From NCBI RefSeq assembly GCF_001194135.2, contig NC_068989.1, positions 63,470,124-63,534,123 of the forward strand: a stretch of 64,000 nt of DNA, in the 5' to 3' direction. The notes beneath the pieces were generated by a model. The model did no database searches and was not told where the DNA came from. It saw only the letters and a list, made by a program, of their open reading frames with translations. Position 1 is the first letter of the stretch, and each line of letters begins with the position of its first letter. This DNA comes from Octopus bimaculoides. Taxonomy: Eukaryota. Made by a program: the position numbers and the translations under genes. Positions 37,286-51,020 of this stretch are shown here, one piece after another.

Positions 37286-37616
37286 GGGTGAGTGTGCATG
37301 TGCGTGTGTGTGTATGTGTATGTGTGTGTGTGTTTGTGTGTGTACGTATACAGAGCTAGACTGAATGAGAATGTATGCTTCATGAAGCTGTGAATCGCGA
37401 AACAACTAAATTTCAAGCTCAGCACCTCGCTTGGATAATTACCACCTAGTAAGTGCTAAGTATCCAAGTGGGGTTTATATCGTAGGTTACTCTTCAGTCC
37501 AAGATGATGTCTGTTCCATTCCTTAAATCTTGTATTCTTATTCGCACATCCGTCAACTCTGGCCGCCTACCGTGAGGTATAAATAGAACTGTTTTCTCTG
37601 TTTATCGTACTTTTTC

Positions 37617-37673
<57 letters not shown>

Positions 37674-37686
37674 TTCTATCTCACTA

Positions 37687-37820
<134 letters not shown>

Positions 37821-38135
37821 TGTTTAAGTCTCAATACATGGATTCAGGTAATACAGTAGTACTCATAAAAAAGCTCCTTAATATATCATTGTTGTACAAA
37901 CTATATAGAATATGTAGTAATATACGACAGATAAAGACGTAGCTCAAATTCTACATTATTTCAAACGAATGCTTTTTACATTTCCCATTAATGCAGACAT
38001 GGAAGTAATTTACTTATTAAATATATTATAAATTATTTGCAGATTTTCGAGCTTGGAAACTAACTTGTCATATTCGGATTTTCCGTATTCTTAAATAAAA
38101 GTTTATCAAACTATTTCTGTCATATACTACTATAT

Positions 38136-38171
<36 letters not shown>

Positions 38172-38353
38172 NNNNNNNNNNNNNNNNNNNNNNNNNNNNN
38201 NNNNNNNNNNNNNNNNNNNNNNNNNNNNNNNNNNNNNNNNNNNNNNNNNNNNNNNNNNNNNNNNNNNNNNNNNNNNNNNNNNNNNNNNNNNNNNNNNNNN
38301 NNNNNNNNNNNNNNNNNNNNNNNNNNNNNNNNNNNNNNNNNNNNNNNNNNNNN

Positions 38354-38388
<35 letters not shown>

Positions 38389-38558
38389 ATAAATATAGAT
38401 ACATATATATACACATACAAAGTATGGGGGTTTAGTTCACAGGTGATCTAGACAATTAGGTACGGATAGTGCTGTAAAAGATAACTAGGGCTCCAAGGCT
38501 ATAGCCGAAACAGTAGTTATGGTGTCGTTGCCGTTTTCCGATGCAGCGGATATATAAT

Positions 38559-38734
38559 TGTTACACAGTACGTCAGACATTAAGGCAAGACGAACATGTC
38601 AAGTCATATACAATATTATTATTAGAAGGAATTCTACATCTTAAGATTTAGAATTTCTTTATTTCTTCCTATAATAATATTGTATATGACTTGAGATGTT
38701 TGCCTTGTGTTAATGTTTGACCTCCTGTGTAACA
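38559..38734. repeat. ~175-bp fold-back (MITE-like) element
   Basis: Terminal TGTTACACAG/CTGTGTAACA and internal TCAAGTCATATACAATATTATTA/TAATAATATTGTATATGACTTGA inverted blocks. Confidence 0.85.
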
Positions 38735-39289
38735 GCTGGCAAATATTAGTAATCCTGCGACGGACAGCGGTCCTGTCCATGTGGGGGAATATATTCGTTA
38801 TGGAAACCGCGAAACCGGCCCTTAGTCGGTATGATTTTTGTTAACATGCATCAGATAGGTACAACTTACCCATCTTTACACACATATACATACGATAAAC
38901 GTAGAATTTACAAATACACATATCGACTGTATAAATACTGATTTTAGCTTACAACCCCATATATACACCTAAACTTATTACAGGGACACGCACATGAGCT
39001 CAAGTGCATATACGTGCATAAACACATACAATATTCACGCATTAACACACAAAATACACATGCATATAACTGTCACACTTCCTGCACAAACACATACACA
39101 CGCACAGACATGCTACTAGCACAAAGTATACATGCACAGCACATCCTGCCCCTTAAGTTCTCCACGTTTACTTTTAGTCACATTGTCAGTGTGAACCGGT
39201 GTATTGTCATGCTGTAGGATTGTGTGCTTTCGATTAGAAAGGGCATCTATGCATCATATACTCGCTACAGATAATGAACATAAATGAAA

Positions 39290-39717
39290 ACGTTCACAGT
39301 ATGGCTGTCTGGCAGAAGCTCAAAGACCTTCTGTTGCGGAAGGAAACACTTGATTTCTCTTATGAGCATTACGAAAATAGATCCATTTTTCATCATTGTT
39401 GACAATTCGACGCCAAAATCTGGTACCGCGAGGTTCTGCTAGCAGTTACTTGCAAATGTTCATTTGACATCGAGGCTGATGATGGGGTAGTTCTTGAGAA
39501 CTTCGTGGCAGCGTCTGTTCCCAAGGCTGAGCTTATGAAGGCATCGATAGACGGTGTCTTCTGAAGTATCAAGTTCTGCTGACAATGCACAAGTGTTTTT
39601 ACTTAGGACTTGTTCAGCCATTTCAAGCAAGGCCTCATCTTTCAGATCAGAAGGTCTCCCCCAAGTTAGTTCTTTTTTCACAAGTAGCGTAGAGAGCCTG
39701 TAACTCCAATTTTTCAC
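39290..39717 (-). mobile_element. Decayed mariner transposase fragment (HTH to first catalytic D)
   Basis: GRPSDLKDEALLE...LSAELDTSEDTVYRCLHKL, then RRIVNNDEKWIYFR. Confidence 0.8.
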
Positions 39718-39781
39718 TTCTTATTATCAAAGTTGTAACATGAAAAATAAAGATTAATATCTATGTTTTTTTATATGAAAA

Positions 39782-40266
39782 CCAAACCAAAGGAATTCCA
39801 AACGGCAGGCCGCTTTTATTTTGCTTTTGTTCAGTCACAAAAAATTTCTTCACAGTTATAACACACAACATGACGGATCCATTTTTTGTCAAGGACAATT
39901 TCAAAACAGGCTTTATAAGCCGGTCTCGCACACAATGCGATATTGTGCCTTTGACGAATAAGTGCGAAGGATACACGGACATAGAAGAAGCCATCAGGAT
40001 TATTCACACATCTATATTTCCACGAAAAAAGTCATGATCAGATCTCAAAAGTCAGAATTGCCAATTCTTTGTAAGTAGGATATATGTATCTCAATATGTC
40101 AAAGTTAACTACAAATGTGTAAAAAGTTAATCTTCAAATCGCAAGAAGACTAGAGCGTGAAGAGGAAACCACATTCCAGATTTGAAAATACCACAGAAAG
40201 GCAGTTAGTTTCGCGTAAAACCACCTTATGCAATAGAAAATAAAGAAAAAAAATGTTGCCCAACGT
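39782..40266 (-). mobile_element. 5' remnant of a DNA transposon with Cys/His-rich transposase N-terminus (Chapaev3/CMC-like)
   Basis: Minus 40013-39782 reads RCVNNPDGFFYV...RQRHNI...AYKACF...DKKWIRHVVCYNCEEIFCD*TK..SGLPFGIPLVW. This matches the CxNxPDxFCYICG...WAPHxxCxxC...LPFGIPMVWREP pattern I recall; the superfamily name is less certain than the homology. Confidence 0.65.
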
Positions 40267-41869
40267 AATGAATTTAATGCCAAAATGAAGAGATTTACAA
40301 AGAGACAACCTCCTTGGAATATTCCCTATGAAAGATATACAACACTGGAGACTGTCGTTTCGCCCTCACTTCTAAGTATAGGAATTGCTGTGCAAGTCTT
40401 TATGATCCTCTCAATGGCAACTATGAAGATAGCAGATACTTTTGCCAAATCTAGACAGTTTAGCAGCCATAAGTGCGGCAATCGAATCAAATACCTTCCT
40501 ATAATCAAGCCATATTTTTGCAAGGCTGTTACGATGTTATTTTTGTTGTTGTTGTCGTTGTTGTTGTTGTTGTCGTTGTTGTTGTTGTTGCTTTACTTAG
40601 GATAGTACAGCCTTGTTTATCAAAATTTTGTTCGGGACATCCCTACATTCCCTTTTTCCATCGGCATTCTCAGCAGTCACTTTATATGTATGTATGCATG
40701 TATGTATGTATATATGTTCGTATGTATGTATGTATGTACATATGAATATGTGTGTGTGTTTGTATGTATGCATCTATATATATGTTATATTTGTTGCCCA
40801 TCCATTAATTCCCGGATTCAATTCAATAGCGCGTGATCTTTGTCACAGATATCTTCTAACCTAACCTCGCTGTGCCAAAACCTTGAGTAGACAGTCTTTT
40901 GGAACATTATCGTAAATATTTTACCCGTAATTCAAAGGACTAACTTAATAGTGTTGATTTGGTCTGAGAATTAATTCATCGAAGGGTTTACGTGTCTGTC
41001 ACGGTAACTGTCACGCCACATGTTAATTTAAAGAGAAATTCAATTTAACGTGCAAAATAAACGCTCATTGTGGAACTCGAAGGTGGATCGTTATCTTGTC
41101 ATAGACAGCTATCTCAGAAACGCTATCACACATATACATGCACAATTATATATAAATACGTGTGAGTATGTGGAGGGGCTGTGTGTGTATGTGTGGTGTG
41201 TGTGTTTCTGTGTATGTGTGTGTGATCGTGTGTACGTATGAATTCTTGTATATGTAAGGGTGTGTATGCTTCTGCGTATAACCATGAGTATGTGTGTCTC
41301 TATGTGCATGCTCGTATAGAAACAGGCCTGAATACTTACTGATATGAATGCGTGTGTATGTTCATGGCTATATATATTTACGTAGACAAAATTCTATTTC
41401 TCCTTATACGTGAGAGTTATATAATTAAGTACTGACTTACAAAGATTTTCCACAAAAACAGATTACTTATGCAAACGATAGTCATATCGCAACACAATGC
41501 CAATACAAACATGTAGCAACATACTTACCAAAGAAAAAACACTTGCTACTGTCACAGAAGCGTAACATTTACAAATCTGACCGTAGCCAAAAAAAAAAAA
41601 ATCGATAAAAGACGTAAACCTTTAACAATCGAAATCCTTTGCCTAAAATCTCTAAATGAATTCAAACAGTAAATAGGAAACAGAGCAGACACCAGATCCA
41701 TTCGACTCCTCAAATTTTGAAGGTTTGGAAACGTTAAATACGACTTAGAAATTAACTATAAATATCAATAGGGAATCACGAAGTTCTAAAATGAAAAGCG
41801 AGCCGTTTATTAAATGAACTATACAGTATACATATACATATGTCGTTTGCACAAAAGACATGCCAGTTA

Positions 41870-42790
41870 TAATGGAGCTTTTCTTCAGAGCATGCAATAC
41901 TTTGGCTTACCATCAATCTGTACAAGACAAATGTCATGTTCTCTCTTTCTCCAGGTTAGTCACATGTCGAACGTAACATCTTCGTCCAGGGCATATGAGT
42001 GGATGTGGTCGACTTTTTCATCTACATTGGCAGTACTCCCTCTAGTGCGAGATCCATTGATATTGAAATATATATGAGAATCAAAAAATCACGCAAATCC
42101 TTTTGAAATTTCGAAAATTATGTATAGTCTAACAAAGGTATTCCCATCAATTCAAGCACAGCCTCTATGTATCATGTGTCATAACTACCCTTTTATACTC
42201 TTTGGAAACATGGATACATCAGAGACTTGGTGATGATTTCACTAAGCTAACATTAAGATGATCTGAAACATCAAACAACTGTCTCTAATTCCTGCCATCG
42301 CTTTCTTTAACGAACCAAGTGGGGTGCTCTGCTTATGCAATCACACGTGTTAGAGTGGTCATCTTGATATGATGGCGGATGTCAGATTATCGAAGCAGTT
42401 GATTTGCAATTAATTGTAACGTATTAGACATCCAAGAAATGAAACTCAAATGTTTTAGAGATGCCATCAAACTTGGTGCAACAGAATTTTTCTACTTTAC
42501 AAATAGGGCCAATCAGTGACAGAGAGCTAAAAGCTGCAAACGTAAGGCTCTTCGTATGGACGATGATAGCAGGAAGAAAAGACGGAAAATCGATCAATTT
42601 GGAAAAAGTTATGTATATTCGTTGTAAAGCATTTAAAAGACAGAGAATCGAACGTTCCATCTTGAAACAAAAACTTCCTAGACAAGATTTGACTCCAATC
42701 TGAAACACATTTCTCCCTCTGCACTGGAATATGGTTCTCCAAAGCCAGACTTGCTGTTATATTAGATCTCATGGCAGCATTATTTGATTG
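41870..42790 (+). mobile_element. 3' fragment of an RTE-clade LINE (RT C-terminal part), decayed
   Basis: FGLTINLYKTNVMF, VDVVDFFIYIGST...DIEIYMRIKKS and CVITTLLYSLETW motifs in order, with frameshifts and stops. Confidence 0.78.
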
Positions 42791-42897
42791 AAGAGATAGC
42801 ATTCTTCTGCAGAGAAGTGGAAAACATACTAGATAGGTAGATAGATACATAGATACATACATACATACATAGATACATACATACATACATACATACA

Positions 42898-42933
<36 letters not shown>

Positions 42934-44549
42934 TGTGTGAGGAAGATGGTGAACGAGGGAGAAGGAGACAGAGTGTTTACATGAACTTATATGAAAGAAT
43001 TTGACGTTTTGCATGAATCACAGTATTGTGCACAATACATACATTCACACACAGACACACACCCACTAACGCAAGTACATATGCGTATTCAATATGGATG
43101 TAGATATATATGTGTGTGTGTGTTTATATTATGTAAATCGTTTTGCATAAATCAAATGAAAGAGTACTATATGTGAGTCAGCGCGTGTCTTAGTATATAC
43201 AAGTGTGTGCGCATGTGAATGTGCGCCCTTACATTTTCCTATGTTTGAATCGATAACCAGTGATCCTACAGAGAATCAAACGGCTAAAATTGTGATTGAA
43301 AGTTGTAAAAGTGAAATAACAAATTGTGCAAGGGATATACGTGTACACATATAGATACATACATACATACGTATATATATATATGNNNNNNNNNNNNNNN
43401 NNNNNNNNNNNNNNNNNNNNNNNNNNNNNNNNNNNNNNNNNNNNNNNNNNNNNNNNNNNNNNNNNNNNNNNNNNNNNNNNNNNNNNNNNNNNNNNNNNNN
43501 NNNNNNNNNNNNNGTATATATATTTATAAATATATAATATGCATACATATATACATACATATCAATATATATATACACATATATATATATATATATGTAT
43601 GTGCGTATGTATGTATGTATGTGCAGATAGATACATATACACATATATACATACATACTTATATATATCTGGAAAGGAAAGCGACAAAATAAATTGTCAG
43701 AGGTGAGAGAACAAGTGAGAATTATTTATTGATATATCGATTTCTTTTTATACATGTGATCGATTTCTCTCTTCAGTCAACGGTCTTATTTTACATGAAT
43801 GTTCTACGAGTGCGTTTTGTTGAAGTTTTAACTCTGATATTTAATGCAGACAAACTGAAAGTTGAATATTAAATATCAAAGCTGAAGTTCATATACTCAA
43901 TGTGTAGTTTTTGCGGCGCATGTAAACACAGCTCAAATAATCGTTGTGGTTTCGTTTCAAAAGAAAGTTTCTGAAAGGTACAGTAAATACATTTCCTTCA
44001 GAGCCACATGGATCGGGGTCAAGTGCCACTGAATGATACATTGAGCAAGTTTTCCGTGCAATAAACTCGGAGTGACCAATGCGTATTTAAGTGTCTCGGT
44101 CTGTGTGTGTGTCTGTATATGTGTGTGTGGGTACGTGTGAATGTGAGTGCGTGTACGCGCGCACGAGCACGTATGTGTTTATCGCTCTGTCTGTTTGCTT
44201 TTCTGTTTCCGATTTCCCAACCTTGGTTATTTCTTCACATAGGGATTACGTTTGTTCACGTCCACGCAGCTTACCAGTTCCGCAAGAGCAAATGGTAGAA
44301 TTTGTTACAGACTTATCAAAATATTGGTTTGTCCGAAAGTTCATGCCGATTTATAGTAGCTTACCTTTCGACTTATTTGCCATGATACCACCTCAATTCT
44401 GGGAAGTGGGTACTTTCAAGTTAAAGGAAAGATGAAGGCGCATTGTGCAACAAACTGGTTCATATTTGGTTGATTAAACATGTAATGGCAAATATATATT
44501 GACCTTTATCCTTCCTTTGAAAATCGGCATGAACTTACCGGACAACCCA

Positions 44550-44640
44550 ATACTACCGGGGCGATTTGTTCCACTAAACCCTTCAAGACGGTGCCCCAGC
44601 ATGGCTGCAATCCATTGACTGAAACCTAATGATAAAAGAT
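44550..44640 (+). mobile_element. 3' fragment of SINE family B
   Basis: GGTGCCCCAGCATGGCTGCAATCCATTGACTGAAAC matches the family tail. Confidence 0.75.
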
Positions 44641-44746
44641 GTTAAACTGAAGGTCTGTTGCACTTAAATCTCTCTATTCGTTTGTAGCTTGCTGCAGACG
44701 TGTGATAAACACACACACAAACAGGCTCACGCACACATGTACACAC

Positions 44747-44778
<32 letters not shown>

Positions 44779-44981
44779 ACATACATATATATGTGTGTGT
44801 GTACGCACGCATATATATACACACACAAATATGGATGACAGGATATTTTCTTCCAAATTTATATACAAAGGCATAAATTATCTGTAAAAACTCATCACTG
44901 ATGAGTCTCGCAAACAAATCCAAAGTTCTGACAACTTTCTTTTTCTAAATACATGCATACATATATGTTTGTATATCTATA

Positions 44982-45072
<91 letters not shown>

Positions 45073-47329
45073 CATAATAGGGTAAACATTTGATATTAAT
45101 TAGTATCAATTTAATACCAGGAAACCAGCACATTAAAAGAATCAGAAGGTTCAGAATAAATTTTCTGAGATCCTAAAAGGATTATAGTACTTGTGTATAT
45201 AAACGAGGCCGCTAAAGTGGANNNNNNNNNNNNNNNNNNNNNNNNNNNNNNNNNNNNNNNNNNNNNNNNNNNNNNNNNNNNNNNNNNNNNNNNNNNNNNN
45301 NNNNNNNNNNNNNNNNNNNNNNNNNNNNNNNNNNNNNNNNNNNNNNNNNNNNNNNNNNNNNNNNNNNNNNNNNNNNNNNNNNNNNNNNNNNNNNNNNNNN
45401 NNNNNNNNNNNNNNNNNNNNNNNNNNNNNNNNNNNNNNNNNNNNNNNNNNNNNNNNNNNNNNNNNNNNNNNNNNNNNNNNNNNNNNNNNNNNNNNNNNNN
45501 NNNNNNNNNNNNNNNNNNNNNNNNNNNNNNNNNNNNNNNNNNNNNNNNNNNNNNNNNNNNNNNNNNNNNNNNNNNNNNNNNNNATATATATATATATATA
45601 TATGTATGTATGTGTGTGTGTATGTATGTATATTTGTATGTATATATGTATGTATGTATGTATGCGCAACCGTGTCTATGTGAATGCATACATAGTATTT
45701 CTGTCTATCTTCACAAATACGTTCTTGTAAATGTATGAATAAATGTGCGATATTGCGTGTGTAAACACACTTAATATATCTATACTCACATGCTCGACCT
45801 TACGTATGAGTGTGTGTGCGTTTATGCTTGTAACTGTGCGTATATACCCATTCAATATTTATTTTTGTACATACAGACACTTTGTTATATATATGTAAGT
45901 TTCTTTATGAGTTAATATAAACATCATAAGACATAATTTTGTAGTTGTTGCTCTATCACTGTCTCTCTGTCTCTTTCTCTTTCTCCACCCTCTCTTTCTC
46001 CAATTCCATGCCCCTCTCTGTGAGCGACCATGTGCGTTTGTGTATTTGAGCGAATTCTCTGATGAGAAATTAATGGTATATCATGTTCCGTCTAGCTTCT
46101 GTTGGCTCTTCAAACACTTGGATTAGTGCATAATAACTCTCTTGACCAAAGTTATGGAGTGAGTCAATTATAATAATGAAGAGGAAATTAATGAATTTCA
46201 AATATTAATATATGGAACAAGGTACGGGATATAAAAACAGGCAAGCGCGTTTACTATTTATGATATAACATCAGACATTTTTTATCTCAACACTAAAAGT
46301 GCAGCAGAATTCAAACATATTGAAGAAATTTTTAAAACAAACCGGTATTGATCACATAAGCAAATAGTTTTGAAAATGTGAAATACCTTAAATGTTTTGT
46401 GATATTGTTTTTCTGTTTTTTGGAGTTTTTTTTTAACGAAAGAAAGATACTTCAAATTACGAAGACACAGCCTGTCATCATTCTTAACTGTGAACGGCTT
46501 TTGGCTCTTTATCCATGATTGGTCTTATGAAGAGGAAAGAAATCTAACTTTGGATTCATATTTAGTAAGTTAAAAGTTTACATTTCCTACTGAAATTTTG
46601 CTTTGAAATATGTGCGGATTTAAGAAATAATAAAAAAGAATAAAATGTTTTAGCTTCTGTTTAACATTCAGTTTCAAGTTATTTATTAAGTCTTTCCTTC
46701 GAATGTTACTGCTTTTCTAAATATTGTAAATAGTATCAATTGAATACTGATCTTCATTCAATATAAGTCAGTAAGAAAAGACATATGCCCTAGCGCATTT
46801 AAAGAGAGTTGATAACCTCAACTTTACCTGTCAAATGTTATCAATAAGATTATAGTGTTAAGTTGCTAGAAGGTTTGTCAGGTAGTTATCTTAAAGAATA
46901 TGCAGTATGAATGTAAGATAAAGTAAGATATATTCGTCTCATTTTAACAATCAATTGATATTTTGAATAGAAAATTCAGTGTAGTTTATAATATTCATGG
47001 CTAGTAACAATTGCTTCCAGTTGTATTCAACTAACCTGACAAATCTCTTCAACTAATCAACAATTTATTTCCGAAACAGCTTTATGATTTTGCGAGTAGT
47101 CAGAAATTTAATCTCCTCAACGGTGTTGAAACAACAAGAGGAAATAAAGTAAATTAAAATAACAGACATTCGCGTGAAAGCAAAAAGTAAAAAAAAAAAA
47201 AAAAATTCCAACAAAACAAGAATTCTAAATAATTTGTTAGGACTTGAAAAAAGAAGTTTTTATTTATTTTATTTTACTTCTTTATATTCACGAAGTTGAA
47301 GTAAATTACACTGAAGTGGACAGATGAAA

Positions 47330-47500
47330 TGTCAAGTGACAATTGGTACTTGGCATTTTGCGGAGTCGGACATGATTTGTTAACTAGATTGGCTTCTGTA
47401 AACTTCTTGCTGGAATGCGCTTCCAAGCAAGAAATTGGCCTCTGTCAATTAGAAACTGAATTAGACGCCAACGAACGAACGATAAGGCATCTTTTATCAT
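47330..47500 (+). mobile_element. Possible mariner HTH-region remnant
   Basis: WYLAFCGVGHDL...LETELDANERTIRHLL loosely resembles W...F..G...L / L..EL....TI.RHL. Weak. Confidence 0.3.
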
Positions 47501-47859
47501 CCACCTACACAAAGTTCTCAGAATAATACGGCCACGTATAAGAAACCATACATAATAACATTCATAAGTATATTCCCAAATATAATCTCACAAGCAATTA
47601 TTTCACACGCTTATGCTTACCTTGCTTATACATATACTGTAGAATAATTTTCAGCATACATTATACATATCTGTAAACGTATATGTGGGTGTATACGTGT
47701 TTGTGTGTGTGTACGTATGAATATATATATATGAATATATATACATTCATTATGTGTGTGTGCGCGTGTATTTTTGTGTTTATAGTGCATATGATATTTG
47801 TACGTGTGTGTGTGTGTGTATGTGTGTGTGTGTATGTGTGCGCGCGTGCGTATGTGTGT

Positions 47860-47918
<59 letters not shown>

Positions 47919-48754
47919 TGTGTGTGTGTTTGTGTAGTGGATAGAATGGAGAAAGTTCAGATCAGGCAGACTACGATTAACGCACACATATATGGGATAA
48001 GGATTGTCCAAACTGAAACATACATTAATTTATTAGCGATATAAAAATATATAGAAATATAAAACACACACACACACACAAACGTCTTACTACACAGACG
48101 TGCAAAAGATAACGAACGTCTAGTTCATTCTAACAGACAATGATTAGGCGTGGAGACACTCATCTGTATTTAATGCTTGTATTCGTATATGCATGCAAAT
48201 ATGAGCTCGTGTAAACCCGCAATTACTTACAAACATATACATACTGATACATAAGCACTCAGATGACTAATTCTCTATAAGCACACGATGTAGTTAGCTG
48301 TATCTAAGTTCTCTGTAAGCTGGCCTCTACGCTGTTCACTTACCACATTCTCTCTCTCTCTATATATATATCGACCTTTACAGGATCCAACCTTTTCACG
48401 GTTGAAATATGCTATGATATTTCCACATTACTTCTTTTTGCACTACAGTTTTCACATTATAGATGGTTCACCATGTTCCTTCTTACGTCACAGTTTCGAC
48501 ACCAATTTCCTTACCTACAGTTTTGTATACCGATTTCTACTGGATTTTATATTACGATTTATATACCATCATTGTAACCCACTTACAACAGAGAACAATC
48601 CCCTGCCCGTCAGACAAAGAGAGCTACTTCACCGTTATACTTTTATTATTCGATGTAGTTCAACCCTATTTTCATTTATGTTATTTCTGCATTCCTTTAT
48701 TTATACATATCTTATTTTATCTCATGTTCTTTTCTTCATCCTATTTTTTTTATG

Positions 48755-48925
48755 CAGGCGTGGCTGTGTGGTAAGAAGCCCATTTCCCAACCACATAGTT
48801 TCGGGTTCATTCCCATTGCGCGACATCTTCTTCAAGTGTCTTCTACTATAGCTTCGAGGCGATCAAAGCCTTGTGATTAGATCTGGTAAACGGAAACTGA
48901 AAAAGCCCTTCATGTGTGTGTGTGC

Positions 48926-48964
<39 letters not shown>

Positions 48965-49190
48965 CTTGTGTGTGCTTATGTCTATTTGTCCACCACCACC
49001 GCTTGGCAACGGTGTTGATTTGTTTATGTCTGTGTAACGTAGCGTTTCGGGAGAATGAGATCAACAGAATAAGTACCAGGATTATAAAAACATAATTACT
49101 AGGGTAGAGTCATTCGACTAAATGTTCTCCAAGGTGGTGCTGCCGCATGGCCGCAGTCTAATGACTGCAACATATATAAGATAAAAGATA
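48755..49190 (+). mobile_element. SINE family B, older copy with internal (TG)n
   Basis: GGCGTGGCTGTGTGGTAAGAAG head; GGTGGTGCTGCCGCATGGCCGCAGTCTAATGACTG tail. Confidence 0.88.
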
Positions 49191-50289
49191 TTTACATGTA
49201 ACTTCATTCGTATTTTTTTTTTACGTGCGCCTGTATGTGTGTCTGCTGGTGCATGTACATAAGTATGTATTAATGCAAGTCTGTGTATATGCTTCCGAGT
49301 ATTTGGGCATTTATATATACTATGTGTGTACACGTGTGTATATTGGAAAAATATGTGAAATTCATATGAATAATAGTGTATATGCATGCGTGTACGTAAA
49401 GATATCAATAATATATGCGCATTAAGGTGGAGCGTTTTTCCACAATTTTCGATTTCGTGATGGGTGTAGTGCAGAAACGTTGTGAACGAACATCAAAATA
49501 ACTGGTGTAAAATTTTAGGACAATTTCTTCTGACTCCAGTAATGCATCGTAAAATAGTAAAAGTGAAGAGAAAAAAACCGCCTCTATTTATTTATTTATT
49601 AGCTATAAAATATACTTTTCATGGTATCTTCTTGTGGTATCTTTTAAATAACTGTGATGAGATTACTCTAAAGTACGGCTTAAACATGTTCATTTGTTTC
49701 CTTTGACTGCATCTTCTGACTCCAGAAGGATGGACGTGGGTGTACTGCATTTTATATCAACATTAGATATTTTCTCAATTCAAGAAATTACCATATTTAC
49801 GATATATTTGCATATGTTGAGGCGCTTGTGGAGGCAGAGTATGAAGTCACAGAAAAAAGACGCTTAAGTCGGTGTGTATACACACACACGCATACACACA
49901 CACACACACAGATATATATATATATATATAAACACACACACACACACACGCACATATATTATATATATATATATACATATGTATACGTGTGTGTGTGTCT
50001 GACTCTGTGTGTGTGTGAGTGTCTGTGTGTGCATATTCGCTCCTTTCGCCGATACAATTTCAATGTTTGGAAGTAGGTAGCTGTAGAAAGATATCTCTCG
50101 TTCTCCGTCATAGAAAGCGAATCCAAGTGAGAGAAAAATCGTTGTCATTATGTCTGCCTTTGTCTTGCATATTTTACTCTCTGGTAAATATGTCCAGCGA
50201 AGTTATATAAATGAAAAGTCAAAATTGTCAATTCTGTGAAGAAGTTTTCGCTCTTCTTTTGTTCTTTACAATTTATTGTTAGCTGCAAC

Positions 50290-51020
50290 AACGACTCTGG
50301 TTGTCATGGTGTTGGTATTGTTGGGTGCTGTCGGTGACGGTGGTAGTGGCGATGTAGGCAGCAGTGGTGGGGATGAGGTAATTGATGTTGGAACTTGTGG
50401 TATTTGTGCTTAGTGATAGTGATTGTGGTGGTGGTGGTGGTGGTGGTGGTGACGGTGGTGGTNNNNNNNNNNNNNNNNNNNNNNNNNNNNNNNNNNNNNN
50501 NNNNNNNNNNNNNNNNNNNNNNNNNNNNNNNNNNNNNNNNNNNNNNNNNNNNNNNNNNNNNNNNNNNNNNNNNNNNNNNNNNNNNNNNNNNNNNNNNNNN
50601 NNNNNNNNNNNNNNNNNNNNNNNNNNNNNNNNNNNNNNNNNNNNNNNNNNNNNNNNNNNNNNNNNNNNNNNNNNNNNNNNNNNNNNNNNNNNNNNNNNNN
50701 NNNNNNNNNNNNNNNNNNNNNNNNNNNNNNNNNNNNNNNNNNNNNNNNNNNNNNNNNNNNNNNNNNNNNNNNNNNNNNNNNNNNNGTGGTGGCGGCGGTG
50801 GTGGCGGTGTGTTAGTGACGTTATTGATGCACATGGTAGCAGAGGTGTTCGCAACGGTGTGGAAACGAGTGGTAGCGATAACATCGGCGTCAATGGTTGT
50901 GAGTGTGGTGGTGTTGCTTGCTGCTGGTGTAAGTGATGATGGTAGTGTGGCTGTTTGTGTTGGTATTGGATGTAGTGTTGCAGATGATGCCCGTAATGTT
51001 TGTGGTGCTAGTTGTGATGT
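50290..51020. repeat. (GGT)n/(GTT)n-rich low-complexity block around a gap
   Basis: Degenerate trinucleotide repeats flanking the N run at 50463-50785. Confidence 0.85.

Noticed and set aside
37575-37600. TATA-like GGTATAAATAG followed by a pyrimidine tract
   Set aside because: No linked gene, LTR pair or other promoter evidence; common in AT-rich DNA.
38482-38521. GGCT-AT-AGCC-GAAAC-A-GTA with ATAAC/GTTAT flanks
   Set aside because: The CUGANGA strand is missing.
44891-44905. Palindrome CTCATCA-C-TGATGAG containing CTGATGA
   Set aside because: No GAAA partner or stems; consistent with chance.
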